From Eledone cirrhosa (Eukaryota), in NCBI GenBank assembly GCA_964016885.1, contig OZ024748.1, positions 27,404,001 to 27,468,000 of the forward strand: a DNA stretch of 64,000 nt. The letters run 5' to 3'. Below, piece by piece: positions 13,901-30,822 of the stretch. Position 1 is the stretch's first letter. Every line of letters begins with the position of its first letter. A program made the position numbers and the translations under genes. Below the pieces are notes generated by a model. The model had not been told where the DNA came from. It searched no databases and was given only the letters and a program-made list of their open reading frames with translations.

Positions 13901-16900
13901 ACCAACACTATCACCACCACCAACAACTCCACTAACACCAACACTATCACCATCACCACCAACAACTCCACTAACACCAACACTATCATCACCACCAACA
14001 ACAACTCCACTAACACCAACACTATCACCACCACCACCAACAACTCCACTAACACCAACACTATCACCACCATCACCAACAACTCCACTAACACCAACAC
14101 TATCACCATCACCACCAACAACTCCACTAACACCAACACTATCACCATCACCACCAACAACTCCACTAACACCAACACTATCATCACCACCAACAACACC
14201 ACTAACACCAACACTATCATCATCACCACCAACAACTCCACTAACACCAACACTATCACCACCACCACCAACAACTCCACTAACACCAACACTATCATCA
14301 CCACCAACAACTCCACTAACACCAACACTATCATCACCACCACCACCAACTCCACTAACTCCAACACTATCATCATCACCACCAACAACTCCACTAACAC
14401 CAACACTATCACCACCACCACCAACAACTCCACTAACACCAACACTATCATCACCACCAACAACTCCACTAACACCAACACTATCATCACCACCAACAAC
14501 TCCACTAACACCAACACTATCACCACCACCACCACCAACTCCACTAACTCCAACACTATCACCATCACCACCAACAACTCCACTAACACCAACACTATCA
14601 CCACCACCACCAACAACTCCACTAACACCAACACTATCACCACCACCAACAACTCCACTAACACCAACACTATCATCACCACCAACAACTCCACTAACAC
14701 CAACACTATCACCACCACCACCAACAACTCCACTAACACCAACACTATCACCACCACCACCAACAACTCCACTAACACCAACACTATCATCATCACCACC
14801 AACAACTCCACTAACACCAACACTATCACCACCACCACCAACAACTCCACTAACACCAACACTATCACCACCACCACCAACAACTCCACTAACACCAACA
14901 CTATCACCATCACCACCAACAACTCCACTAACACCAACACTATCATCATCACCACCAACAACTCCACTAACACCAACACTATCATCATCACCACCAACAA
15001 CTCCACTAACACCAACACTATCACCACCACCAACAACTCCACTAACACCAACACTATCATCACCACCAACAACTCCACTAACACCAACACTATCACCACC
15101 ACCAACAACTCCACTAACACCAACACTATCACCACCACCAACAACTCCACTAACACCAACACTATCACCACCACCAACAACTCCACTAACACCAACACTA
15201 TCATCACCACCAACAACTCCACTAACACCAACACTATCATCACCACCAACAACTCCACTAACACCAACACTATCATCATCACCACCAACAACTCCACTAA
15301 CACCAACACTATCATCATCACCACCAACAACTCCACTAACACCAACACTATCACCATCACCACCAACAACTCCACTAACACCAACACTATCATCACCACC
15401 AACAACTCCACTAACACCAACACTATCACCACCACCACCAACAACTCCACTAACACCAACACTATCATCACCACCAACAACTCCACTAACACCAACACTA
15501 TCACCACCACCACCAACAACTCCACTAACACCAACACTATCATCACCACCAACAACTCCACTAACACCAACACTATCACCATCACCACCAACAACTCCAC
15601 TAACACCAACACTATCACCATCACCACCAACAACTCCACTAACACCAACACTATCATCACCACCAACAACTCCACTAACACCAACACTATCACCACCACC
15701 ACCAACAACTCCACTAACACCAACACTATCACCATCACCACCAACAACTCCACTAACACCAACACTATCATCATCACCACCAACAACTCCACTAACACCA
15801 ACACTATCATCATCACCACCAACAACTCCACTAACACCAACACTATCACCATCACCAACAACTCTACTAACACCAACACTATCATCATCACCACCAACAA
15901 CTCCACTAACACCAACACCACCACCACCACCAACAACTCCACTAACACCAACACTATCATCACCACCACCAACTACTCCACTAACACCAACACTATCATC
16001 ACCACCACCAACAACTCCACTAACACCAACACTATCATCATCACCACCAACAACTCCACTAACACCAACACTATCACCACCACCAACAACTCCACTAACA
16101 CCAACACTATCACCACCACCACCAACAACTCCACTAACACCAACACCACCATCACCACCAACAACTACACTAACACCAACACTATCACCATCACCAACAA
16201 CTCCACTAACACCAACACTATCATCACCACCACCAACAACTCCACTAACACCAACACTATCACCACCACCAACAACTCCACTAACACCAACACTATCACC
16301 ATCACCACCAACAACTACACTAACACCAACACTATCACCACCACCACCAACAACTCCACTAACACCAACACTATCATCATCATCACCAACAACTCCACTA
16401 ACACCAACACCACCATCACCACCAACAACTACACTAACACCAACACTATCACCATCACCAACAACTCTACTAACACCAACACTATCATCACCACCAACAA
16501 CAACTCCACTAACACCAAAACTATCACCACCACCACACAACAACTCCACTAACACCAACACTATCATCACCACCACCAACAACTCCACTAACACAAACAC
16601 TATCATCAACACCACCAACAACTCCACTAACACCAACACCACCACCACCACCAACAACTCCACTAACACCAACACTATCATCACCAACAACAACTCCACT
16701 AACACCAACACTATCACCACCACCACCACCAACAACTCCACTAACACCAACACCACCACCACCACCACCAACTCCACTAACACCAACACTATCATCACCA
16801 CCACCAACAACTCCACTAACACCAACACTATCATCACCAACAACAACTCCACTAACACCAACACTATCACCACCACCACCACCAACAACTCCACTAACAC

Positions 16901-19900
16901 CAACACCACTCACCACCACCAACAACTCCACTAACACCAACACTATCACCACCACCACCACCAACAACTCCACTAACACCAACACCACCACCACCACCAA
17001 CAACTCCACTAACACCAACACTATCATCACCACCAACAACAACTCCACTAACACCAACACTATCACCACCACCACCACCAACAACTCCACTAACACCAAC
17101 ACCTACCACCACCACCAACAACTCCACTAACACCAACACTATCACCACCACCACCACCAACAACTCCACTAACACCAACACCACCACCACCACCAACAAC
17201 TCCACTAACACCAACACTATCATCACCACCAACAACAACTCCACTAACACCAACACTATCATCACCAACAACAACTCCACTAACACCAACACTATCACCA
17301 CCACCACCACCAACAACTCCACTAACACCAACACCACCACCACCACCAACAACTCCACTAACACCAACACTATCACCACCACCACCACCACCAACTCCAC
17401 TAACACCAACACCACCACCACCACCAACAACTCCACTAACACCAACACTATCATCACCACCACCACCAACAACTCCACTAACACCAACACTATCACCACC
17501 ACCACCAACAACTCCACTAACACCAACACTATCACCATCACCACCAACAACTCCACTAACACCAACACTATCACCATCACCACCAACAACTCCACTAACA
17601 CCAACACTATCACCATCACCACCAACAACTCCACTAACACCAACACTATCATCACCACCGACAACAACTCCACTAACACCAACACTATCACCATCACCAC
17701 CAACAACTCCACTAACACCAAACACTATCACCATCACCACCAACAACTCCACTAACACCAACACTATCACCATCACCACCAACAACTCCACTAACACCAA
17801 CACTATCACCACCACCATCAACTCCACTAACACCAACACTATCATCACCACCAACAACTCCACTAACACCAACACTATCATCATCATCACCACCAACAAC
17901 TCCACTAACACCAACACTATCATCACCACCAACAACTCCACTAACACCAACACTATTCACCACCACCAACAACTCCACTAACACCACACTATCATCACCA
18001 CCAACAACTCCACTAACACCAACACTATCATCATCATCACCACCAACAACTCCACTAACACCAACACTATCACCACCACCAACAACTCCACTAACACCAA
18101 CACTATCACCACCACCAACAACTCCACTAACACCACACTATCATCACCACCAACAACTCCACTAACACCAACACTATCACCACCACCACCACCAACAACT
18201 CCACTAACACCAACACTATCATCATCATCACCACCAACAACTCCACTAACACCAACACTATCACCACCACCACCAACAACTCCACTAGACACCAACACTA
18301 TCACCACCACCACCAACAACTCCACTAACACCAACACTATCATCATCACCACCACAACTACACTAACACCAACACTATCACCACCACCAACAACTCCACT
18401 AACACCAACACTATCACCATCACCACCAACAACTCCACTAACACCAACACTATCACCACCACCACCAACAACAAAAACAACATCACCACTATCACCACCA
18501 CCATCACCATCATCACCACCACCACCAACAACACCAACGTCTCCAAAATCCCAACCACCACTAGCACCAACAACTCCACTAACACAAACACTATCATCAT
18601 CATCACCACCAACAACTCCACTAACACCAACACTATCACCACCACCAACAACTCACTAACACCAACACTATCACCACCACCACCAACAACTCCACTAACA
18701 CCAACACTATCACCACCACCACCACAACTCCACTAACACCAACACTATCATCATCACCACCAACAACTCCACTAACACCAACACTATCACCACCACCAAC
18801 AACTCCACTAACACCAACACTATCACCATCACCACCAACAACTCACTAACACCAACACTATCACCACCACCACAACTCCACTAACACCAACACTATCACC
18901 ACCACCACCAACAACTCCACTAACACCAACACTATCACCACCACCACCAACAACTCCACTAACACCAACACTATCATCACCACCACCAACAACTCCACTA
19001 ACACCAACACTATCACCACCACCACCAACAACTCCACTAACACCAACACTATCATCACCACCACCACAACTCCACTACCACCAACACTATCACCACCACC
19101 ACCAACAACTCCACTAACACCAACACTATCACCACCACCACCAACAACTCCACTAACACCAACACTATCATCACCACCACCACCACCAACAACTCCACTA
19201 CACCAACACTATCACCACCAACAAACAACTCCACTAACACCAACACTATCACCACCACCACCAACAACTCTACTAACACCAACACTATCACCATCACCAC
19301 CAACAACTCCACTAACACCAACACTATCACCACCAACAACAACTCCACTAACACCAACACTATCACCACCACCACCAACAACTCCACTAACACCAACACT
19401 ATCATCACCACCAACAACAACTCCACTAACACCAACACTATCACCATCACCACCAACAACTCCACTAACACCAACACTATCACCACCACCAACAACTCCA
19501 CTAACACCAACACTATCATCACCACCACAACTCCACTAACACCAACACTATCACCACCACCACCAACAGACTCCACTAACACCAACACTATCACCACCAC
19601 CACCAACAACTCCACTAACACCAACACTATCATCATCACCACCAACAACTCCACTAACACCACACTATCACCACCACCACCAACAACTCCACTAACACCA
19701 ACACTATCACCATCACCACCAACAACTCCACTAACACCAACACTATCACCACCACCAACAACTCCACTAACACCAACACTATCATCACCACCAACAACTC
19801 CACTAACACCAACACTATCACCATCACCACCAACAACTCCACTAACACCAACACTATCACCACCACCAACAACTCCACTAACACCAACACTATCATCACC

Positions 19901-22900
19901 ACCAACAACTCCACTAACACCAACACTATCACCACCACCAACAACTCCACTAACACCAACACTATCATCATCACCACCAACAACTCCACTAACACCAACA
20001 CTATCATCACCACCAACAACAACTCCACTAACACCAACACTATCACCATCACCACCAACAACTCCACTAACACCAACACTATCACCATCACCACCAACAA
20101 CTCCACTAACACCAACACTATCACCACCACCACCAACAACTCCACTAACACCAACACTATCATCACCACCAACAACTCCACTAACACCAACACTATCATC
20201 ACCACCACCAACAACTCCACTAACACCAACACTATCACCATCACCACCAACAACTCCACTAACACCAACACTATCACCATCACCACCAACAACTCCACTA
20301 ACACCAACACTATCATCACCACCAACAACAACTCCACTAACACCAACACTATCACCATCACCACCAACAACTCCACTAACACCAACACTATCACCATCAC
20401 CACCAACAACTCCACTAACACCAACACTATCATCACCACCAACAACTCCACTAACACCAACACTATCACCATCACCACCAACAACTCCACTAACACCAAC
20501 ACTATCATCACCACCAACAACAACTCCACTAACACCAACACTATCACCATCACCACCAACAACTCCACTAACACCAACACTATCACCACCACCACCAACA
20601 ACTCCACTAACACCAACACTATCACCACCACCACCAACAACTCCACTAACACCAACACTATCACCACCACCACCAACAACTCCACTAACACCAACACTAT
20701 CATCACCACCAACAACTCCACTAACACCAACACTATCACCACCACCACCAACAACTCCACTAACACCAACACTATCATCACCACCAACAACTCCACTAAC
20801 ACCAACACTATCACCACCACCACCAACAACTCCACTAACACAACACTATCATCATCACCACCAACAACTCTACTAACACCAACACTATCACCATCACCAC
20901 CAACAACTCCACTAACACCAACACTATCACCATCACCACCAACAACTCCACTAACACCACACTATCACCACCACCACCAACAACTCCACTAACACCAACA
21001 CTATCACCACCACCACCAACAACTCCACTAACACCAACACTATCATCATCACCACCAACAACTCCACTAACACCAACACTATCACCACCACCAACAACTC
21101 CACTAACACCAACACTATCATCACTCACCACCAACAACTCCACTAACACCAACACTATCACCACCACCAACAACTCCACTAACACCACACTATCATCACC
21201 ACCAACAACAACTCCACTAACACCAACACTATCACCACCACCACCAACAACTCCACTAACACCAACACTATCATCACCACCACCAACAACTCCACTAACA
21301 CCAACACTATCATCACCACCACCAACAACTCCACTAACACCAACACTATCATCATCACCACCAACAACTCCACTAACACCAACACTATCACCACCACCAA
21401 CAACTCCACTAACACCAACACTATCACCACCACCACCAACAAGTCCACTAACACCAACACTATCATCATCACCACCAACAACTCCACTAACACCAACACC
21501 ACCATCACCACCAACAACTACACTAACACCAACACTATCACCATCACCAACAACTCCACTAACACCAACACTATCATCACCACCACCAACAACTCCACTA
21601 ACACCAACACTATCACCACTACCAACAACTCCACTAACACCAACACTATCACCATCACCACCAACAACTACACTAACACCAACACTATCACCACCACCAC
21701 CAACAACTCCACTAACACCAACACTATCATCATCATCACCAACAACTCCACTAACACCAACACCACCATCACCACCAACAACTACACTAACACCAACACT
21801 ATCACCATCACCAACAACTCTACTAACACCAACACTATCATCACCACCAACAACAACTCCACTAACACCAAAACTATCACCACCACCACCAACAACTCCA
21901 CTAACACCAACACTATCATCACCACCACCAACAACTCCACTAACACAAACACTATCATCACCACCACCAACAACTCACTAACACCAACACCACCACCACC
22001 ACCAACACTCCACTAACACCAACACTATCATCACCAACAACAACTCCACTAACACCAACACTATCACCACCACCACCACCAACAACTCCACTAACACCAA
22101 CACCACCACCACCACCAACAACTCCACTAACACCAACACTATCATCACCACCACCAACAACTCACTAACACCAACACTATCATCACCAACAACAACTCCA
22201 CTAACAACAACACTATCACCACCACCACCACCAACAACTCCACTAACACCAACACCACCACCACCACCAACAACTCCACTAACACCCAACACTATCACCA
22301 CCACCACCACCAACAACTCCACTAACACCAACACCACCACCACCACCAACAACTCCACTAACACCAACACTATCATCACCACCAACAACAACTCCACTAA
22401 CACCAACACTATCACCACCAACAACAACTCCACTAACACCAACACTATCACCACCACCACCACCAACAACTCCACTAACACCAACACCACCACCACCACC
22501 AACAACTCCACTAACACCAACACTATCACCACCACCACCACCAACAACTCCACTAACACCAACACCACCACCACCACCAACAACTCCACTAACACCAACA
22601 CTATCATCACCACCAACAACAACTCCACTAACATCAACACTATCATCACCAACAACAACTCCACTAACACCAACACTATCACCACCACCACCACCAACAA
22701 CTCCACTAACACCAACACCACCACCACCACCAACAACTCCACTAACACCAACACTATCACCACCACCACCACCAACAACTCCACTAACACCAACACCACC
22801 ACCACCACCAACAACTCCACTAACACCAACACTATCATCACCACCAACAACAACTCCACTAACACCAACACTATCACCACCATCACCACCAACAACTACA

Positions 22901-25900
22901 CTAACACCAACACTATCATCACCAACAACAACTCCACTAACACCAACACTATCATCACCACCGACAACAACTCCACTAACACCAACACTATCACCACCAT
23001 CACCACCAACAACTCCACTAACACCAACACTATCACCACCACCAACAACTCCACTAACACCAACACTATCACCACCACCAACAACTCCACTAACACCAAC
23101 ACTATCACCACCACCACCAACAACTCCACTAACACCAACACTATCACCACCACCACCAACAACTCCACTAACACCAACACTATCACCACCACCACCAACA
23201 ACTCCACTAACACCAACACTATCACCATCACCACCAACAACTCCACTAACACCAACACTATCATCACCACCAACAACTCCACTAACACCACACTATCACC
23301 ATCACCACCAACAACTCCACTAACACCAACACTATCACCATCACCACCAACAACTCCACTAACACCAACCACTATCATCACCACCAACAACTCCACTAAC
23401 ACCAACACTAGTCACCATCACCACCAACAAGCTCAAACACTAACACCAACACTATCACCATCACCACCAACAACTCCACTAACACCAACACTATCACCAC
23501 CACCACAACTCCACTAACACCAACACTATCATCACCACCACCAACAACTCCACTAACACCAACACTATCACCACCACCAACAACTCCACTAACACCAACA
23601 CTATCACCACCACCAACAACTCCACTAACACCAACACTATCATCACCACCAACAACAACTCCACTAACACCAACACTATCACCACCACCAACAACTCCAC
23701 TAACACCAACACTATCATCACCACCAACAACTCCACTAACACCAACACTATCACCACCACCAACAACTCCACTAACACCAACACTATCACCACCACCAAC
23801 AACTCCACTAACACCAACACTATCATCACCACCAACAACAACTCCACTAACACCAACACTATCACCACCACCAACAACTCCACTAACACCAACACTATCA
23901 CCACCACCAACAACTCCACTAACACCAACACTATCACCACCACCAACAACTCCACTAACACCAACACTATCATCACCACCAACAACTCCACTAACACCAA
24001 CACTATCACCACCACCAACAACTCCACTAACACCAACACTATCACCACCAACAACAACTCCACTAACACCAACACTATCACCACCACCAACAACTCCACT
24101 AACACCAACACCACCATCACCACCACAACTACACTAACACCAACACTATCACCATCACCAACAACTCTACTAACACCAACACTATCATCACCACCAACAA
24201 CAACTCCACTAACACCAAAACTATCACCACCACCACCAACAACTCCACTAACACCAACACTATCATCACCACCACCAACAACTCCACTAACACAAACACT
24301 ATCATCACCACCACCAACACTCCACTAACACCACACACCACCACCACCAACAACTCCACTAACACCAACACTATCATCACCAACAACAACTCCACTAACA
24401 CCAACACTATCACCACCACCACCACCAACAACTCCACTAACACCAACACACCACCACCACCAACAACTCCACTAACACCAACACTATCATCACCACCACC
24501 AACAACTCCACTAACACCACACTAGCATCACCAACAACAACTCCACTAACAACAACACTATCCACCACCACCACCACTATCACTAACACCAACACCACCA
24601 CCACCACCAACAACTCCACTAACACCAACACTATCACCACCACCACCACCAACAACTCCACTAACACCAACACCACCACCACCACCACAACTCCACTAAC
24701 ACCAACACTATCATCACACCACCAACAACTATCCACTAACACTCAACACTATCACCACCAACAACAACTCCACTAACACCAACACTATCACCACCACCAC
24801 CACAACAACTCCACTAACACCAACACCACCACCACCACCAACAACTCCACTAACTCACACTATCACCAACACCACCACCACCAACAACTCAAACTCCAAC
24901 CAACCACCACACCAACACTCCACTAACACCACACGTCATCACCACCACAACAACTCCACTAACATCAACACTACATCACCACAAAAACTCACTAACACCT
25001 AACAACTCACACCTCACTACACCAACTCACTATCATCACCACCACCACCAACAACTCCCACTAACACAACACTATCTCACCACCACCAACCTCCACTACA
25101 CACTAACACTACACCACCACCACCACCAACAACTCCACTAACACCAACACCACTCACCACCACCAACAACAACTCCACTAACACCAACACTATCACCACC
25201 ATCCACCACCAACAACTCACTAACACCAACACTATCATCACCAACAACAACTCCACTAACACCAACACTATCATCACCACCGACAACAACTCCACTAACA
25301 CCAACACTATCACCACCATCACCACCAACAACTCCACTAACACCAACACTATCACCACCACCAACAACTCCACTAACACCAACACTATCATCACCACACA
25401 ACAACTCCACTAACACCAACACTATCACCACCACCACCAACAACTCCACTAACACCAACACTATCACCACCACCACCAACAACTCCACTAACACCAACAC
25501 TATCACCACCACCACCAACAACTCCACTAACACCAACACTATCACCACCACCACCAACAACTCCACTAACACCAACACTATCACCTCACCACCAACAACT
25601 CCACTAACACCAACACTATCACCACCACCACCAACAACTCCACTAACACCAACACTATCACCATCACCACCAACAACTCCACTAACACCAACACTATCAT
25701 CACCACCAACAACTCCACTAACACCAACACTATCACCATCACCACCAACAACTCCACTAACACCAACACTATCACCATCACCACCAACAACTCCACTAAC
25801 ACCAACACTATCATCACCACCAACAACTCCACTAACACCAACACTATCACCATCACCACCAACAACTCCACTAACACCAACACTATCACCATCACCACCA

Positions 25901-26591
25901 ACAACTCCACTAACACCAACACTATCACCACCACCAACAACTCCACTAACACCAACACTATCATCACCACCACAACAACTCCACTAACACCAACACTATC
26001 ACCACCACCAACAACTCCACTAACACCAACACTATCACCACCACCAACAACTCCACTAACACCAACACTATCACCACCACAACTCACTAACACCAACACT
26101 ATCCCACCACCAACAACTCCACTAACACCAACACTATCACCACCACCAACAACTCCACTAACACCAACACTATCACCACCACCAACAACTCCACTAACAC
26201 CACACTATCACCACCACCAACAACTCCACTAACACCAACACTATCACCACCACCAACAACTCCACTAACACCAACACTATCACCACCACCAACAACTCCA
26301 CTAACACCAACACTATCACACACCACCAACAACTCCACTAACACCAACACTATCACCACCACCAAACAACTCCACTAACACCAACACTAATCACCACCAC
26401 CAACAACTCCACTAACACCATCACTATCATCACCACCAACCAACTCCACTAACACCAACACTATCCACCTGAGCCACTCAACAACTCCACTAACACCAAC
26501 ACTATCACCACCACCAACAACTCCACTAACACTCAACACTAGTCATCCACCACCAACACCTCACTATCACCAACAACATCTCCACTAACAC
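10935..26591. repeat. 15.6-kb satellite, 33/36-bp unit CCAACAACTCCACTAACACCAACACTATCACCA(CCA)
   Basis: Hundreds of tandem units varying by CCA/TCA triplets; plus strand nearly G-free; ends at the gap. Confidence 0.97.
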
Positions 26592-26791
26592 NNNNNNNNN
26601 NNNNNNNNNNNNNNNNNNNNNNNNNNNNNNNNNNNNNNNNNNNNNNNNNNNNNNNNNNNNNNNNNNNNNNNNNNNNNNNNNNNNNNNNNNNNNNNNNNNN
26701 NNNNNNNNNNNNNNNNNNNNNNNNNNNNNNNNNNNNNNNNNNNNNNNNNNNNNNNNNNNNNNNNNNNNNNNNNNNNNNNNNNNNNNNNNNN
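26592..26791. other. Assembly gap (200 N)
   Basis: Run of N. Confidence 1.
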
Positions 26792-26896
26792 TAACCGAGG
26801 TGTCCTACACGAGTGAAAGTATAAAGAAAAAAAAGATGAAATCGAAAATGCAACTGGAGTCCTATTTTTAAAAAAATATATATATTTATTTGGTTC

Positions 26897-26932
26897 CTTT
26901 ACCGGTTTCGCAGTTCTTCTGCTTTTCAAAAG
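26897..26932 (-). ncRNA. Minimal type I hammerhead ribozyme, U3-A8 core
   Basis: Minus strand CTT-TTGAAAA-GCAG/AAGAA/CTGC-GAAAC-CG-GTA-AAG; lies in fold-back 26792-27049 (arms about 26819-26899 and 26973-27049). Confidence 0.6.
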
Positions 26933-27173
26933 TAGAGTTGAGATGGAGGGTCTGTGGTTTTTCTCAGATGTGAAGGAACCAAATAAATATATATATTTTT
27001 TTAAAAATAAGACTCCAGTTGCATTTTCGATTTCATCTTTTTTTCTTTATATATATATATATGTATCCATCTGTATGTGTCTGCTCGTTTATTTACCGAC
27101 CTATCTAACTATATGTATATGTGTGTATGTGTTCCCCTCTCTCTCTCTATTTCTCTCTTTCTCTCTCCCTCCT

Positions 27174-27267
<94 letters not shown>

Positions 27268-27271
<4 letters not shown>

Positions 27272-27810
27272 CAACACAAAATATAACTACTCCATTACCA
27301 AAGGTTTCTGGATCCCAGACAAAACGTCTGGATCGGTCGTCAGACAGAGATGTTATGGATAAAAGATATGAAATGAGATTTAAAATCTGTTAAAAATAGG
27401 AAGTGAGGCTGGAAAAATAACGGGAAATATACATCAGAAAAGAAGGGTAAGAAAAATAATATATAAAAGTATATAGCGATATAGATAAAGACATGTGTGT
27501 TCATACATGTACACACACATACACACATTCAGATAAAAGTAAAAAATATATATATGTATATATACATAGATGCATATATATATATACACATATACACATA
27601 TTTTTAACAGATTTTAAATCTCATTTCATATTTTTTATCGGTAACATCTCTGTCTGACGACCGATCTAGACGTATATTAATATTGTCTGGAATCCAGAAA
27701 CCTTTGGTAATGGAGTAGTTATATTTTGTGTTGTTCAATTTCTAATTAAATAGCTCTCTTCTATACATAGAGCACTCTTTTTTCCTTTGCTTTTTCTTAG
27801 GAATTACCTA
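27268..27810. mobile_element. Fold-back element with a hammerhead in each arm
   Basis: Arms 27268-27398 and 27599-27737 are inverted copies; right arm continues as a ~70-nt tail; flanked by (TA)n. Confidence 0.8.
27648..27715 (+). ncRNA. Type I hammerhead ribozyme
   Basis: CTCTGT-CTGACGA-[stem II GATCTAGAC...GTCTGGAATC]-GAAA-CC/TTT/GG-TA-ATGGAG; stem I CTCTGT:ATGGAG; mirror copy on minus strand at 27290-27349. Confidence 0.7.
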
Positions 27811-27840
27811 ACATATATATATATATATATATATGTATAA

Positions 27841-27894
<54 letters not shown>

Positions 27895-27896
27895 AA

Positions 27897-27946
<50 letters not shown>

Positions 27947-27948
27947 AA

Positions 27949-28036
<88 letters not shown>

Positions 28037-28512
28037 TATGAGGGGGGGGGTCAGGCAGAGGTTGTGCATCTTGTTTGCAGTGTGGATGCTTGAAGTAGAT
28101 ATAAAACTTGTCTGGTGGAGTCGTGAAACACCACAGATTTAGTAATTAACAGATATCTTTTACACGCTGGAGAACCTTGTTTAACCTTTATGTCGAAGCT
28201 ATTGGATATCCGTCAGTTTCGATGGTGAACATTTCAATTCTTCCTTGCTATGTTACACATTGTAACAGAATAACCGACTATTTTACAGACCCAGAGTCTG
28301 CGTGGTTTTGTTTGTTAGAAGCTAACTGTTTCAATCATAAGTTCGATCCATCCATTTGCCCTATTTTACTCAAATGGTTCAAGGCTCCGTTAAATACACT
28401 CTTCCAAGATGAAACGCGGTGGAATCGAACTTGGCACCCATAATTGTTAAATCATCTTTTCTTTTTCTTTCTTTCTATCTGTCAACCAGCTAGCCAACCA
28501 ATCGATCAGTCA

Positions 28513-28618
<106 letters not shown>

Positions 28619-29023
28619 ATGGATAGATGGATAGATAGATAGATAGATAACAGGCTGGCAGACAAATAGATAAATGAATAAATAAATAAAGAGCCGAGTA
28701 ATCAGACGAGATGAAAAGACACAATAGAACATGTCTATACAAAGTATCATTCTCCATTTTTCCGCCTCTCTACCGTTATTTTAAACATCCAGCAGCCATT
28801 TTGTTTTTGTTTGTTTGTTCTCCCCTCCCGCATCCCTCCCGCTCCCTCCACCATAAACCACCTCCTCAGCCTCTCCTTCTTCTCTCTCTCTGTCTGTCTT
28901 TCTCTTTCTCTCCCTCTTTATTTCTGTCTTCTCTCCTATATCATCAACATTGACAGGTTAAAAGTCCGAACTACTGCAAGACTGACATAGCACCCTTCCA
29001 TACAACTCATTATTTCCCGCGCT

Positions 29024-29084
<61 letters not shown>

Positions 29085-29542
29085 ATACACTCATTCACAC
29101 TCTCACACACACATACACACAATCACACATACGCACACACACACTCATACACACACATATACACATTCACACACACACACACACTCACATATACACACAC
29201 TCACACATGCACACACACTCACGCTCACACATACACTCACAGACACTCTCACACACAGATACACACACTCATTCACACACACACACACACACTCACACAC
29301 ACACTCATGCACACACTCACAGACAAACACGTGCATACATACATACATACATACATACATACATACATACATACATACATACATACATACATAAAACCAA
29401 CACTCTCCCCTCAACATATCACAACAAACAGTACCACTTCCACACACTTTCGCTACGACCACAACAACATTTACCACCACATCACAATTACTACTACTAC
29501 TATTACTACTACTACTACTACTATTACTACTACTACTACTAT

Positions 29543-29616
<74 letters not shown>

Positions 29617-29709
29617 ACACCACAATAAATCAACACACTAGAGCTTAACAAACCAATACTACTTCTAACTACACTATTGTCACAACTACAAAAATATTTA
29701 CCAACACAA

Positions 29710-30400
29710 CAACAACAACACCAACACCAACACCAACACCACAACAACAACAACAAAACAACAACGACAACAACAGCAGCAAAAACGACATTTACCACCA
29801 CCACAAATAGCATTATCACTACCACGACTGGCACCACCACTATCACAACCGCCACCACCAACAACACGACTACCACAACCGTGACCAACATCACCACCAC
29901 CATCACCAACACCGCCATCAACACAACCGCGACCAACACCACCACCACCACAACCGTGACCAACATCACCACCACCATCACCAACACCACCATCACCAAC
30001 ACCACCATCACCAACACCACCATCACCAACACCAACACCACCATCACCAACAACAACACCATCACCAACACCACCATCACCAACACCAACACCACCATCA
30101 CCAACACCAACACCATCACCAACACCAACACCGCCATCACCTACAACACCAACACCAACACCACCATCACCACCACCATCACCAACACCAACACCACCAT
30201 CACCACCATCACCACCACCATCACCTACAATACCAACACCAACACCACCATCACCACAACCGCGACCAACATCACCACCACCATCACCAACACCAACACC
30301 ACCAACACCAACACCACCATCACCAACACCACCATCACCACAACCGCCGCCATCATCGTCATAACCCCACCACCACCACCACCGCCGCCGCCACCTCGTC
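29710..30400. repeat. Degenerate ACC/AAC/ATC triplet array
   Basis: Low-complexity T/N/I-type repeat. Confidence 0.85.
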
Positions 30401-30491
30401 ACAACGTCATGTCTGTCTGTCCCAACACCACCAATTACTTCTACGACTGTCCTGCATTTTACCGTCTCTTACAGGTTTCCTCCTCCTCCTC

Positions 30492-30565
<74 letters not shown>

Positions 30566-30605
30566 ACATATACACACACACACACACATACACACATAAT
30601 ATAAT

Positions 30606-30822
30606 GGTTTCTTATATAGGCACAAGGCCAGCAATTTGGGGGAGAGGGAAAAGTCGATGAAATTGACCCCAGTGCGTGACTGGTACTTTATTTTATCGAC
30701 CCCGTAAGGATGAAAGGCAAAGGTAACCTCGACGGGATTTGAACTCAGATCATAAAGGGCCGTAACTCTATGCGGCAAAGCATGGCGTCCAACCCTCTAC
30801 CGATACTGCCAATCCACCACCC
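30606..30822 (-). mobile_element. tRNA-type SINE
   Basis: Minus strand has A-box-like TGGCAGTATCGG, B-box GAGTTCAAATCC and body TTTGCCTTTCATCCTTACGGGGTCGATAAAATAAAGTACCAGT shared with 36331 and 37553. Confidence 0.85.

Noticed and set aside
10172-16909. 2245-aa and 1727-aa ORFs as genes
   Set aside because: Translations of a stop-free satellite; open in several frames; no unique domains.
10935-26591. CRISPR-like repeat-spacer array
   Set aside because: Variable parts are only CCA/TCA triplet counts, not unique spacers; no cas genes; eukaryotic context.
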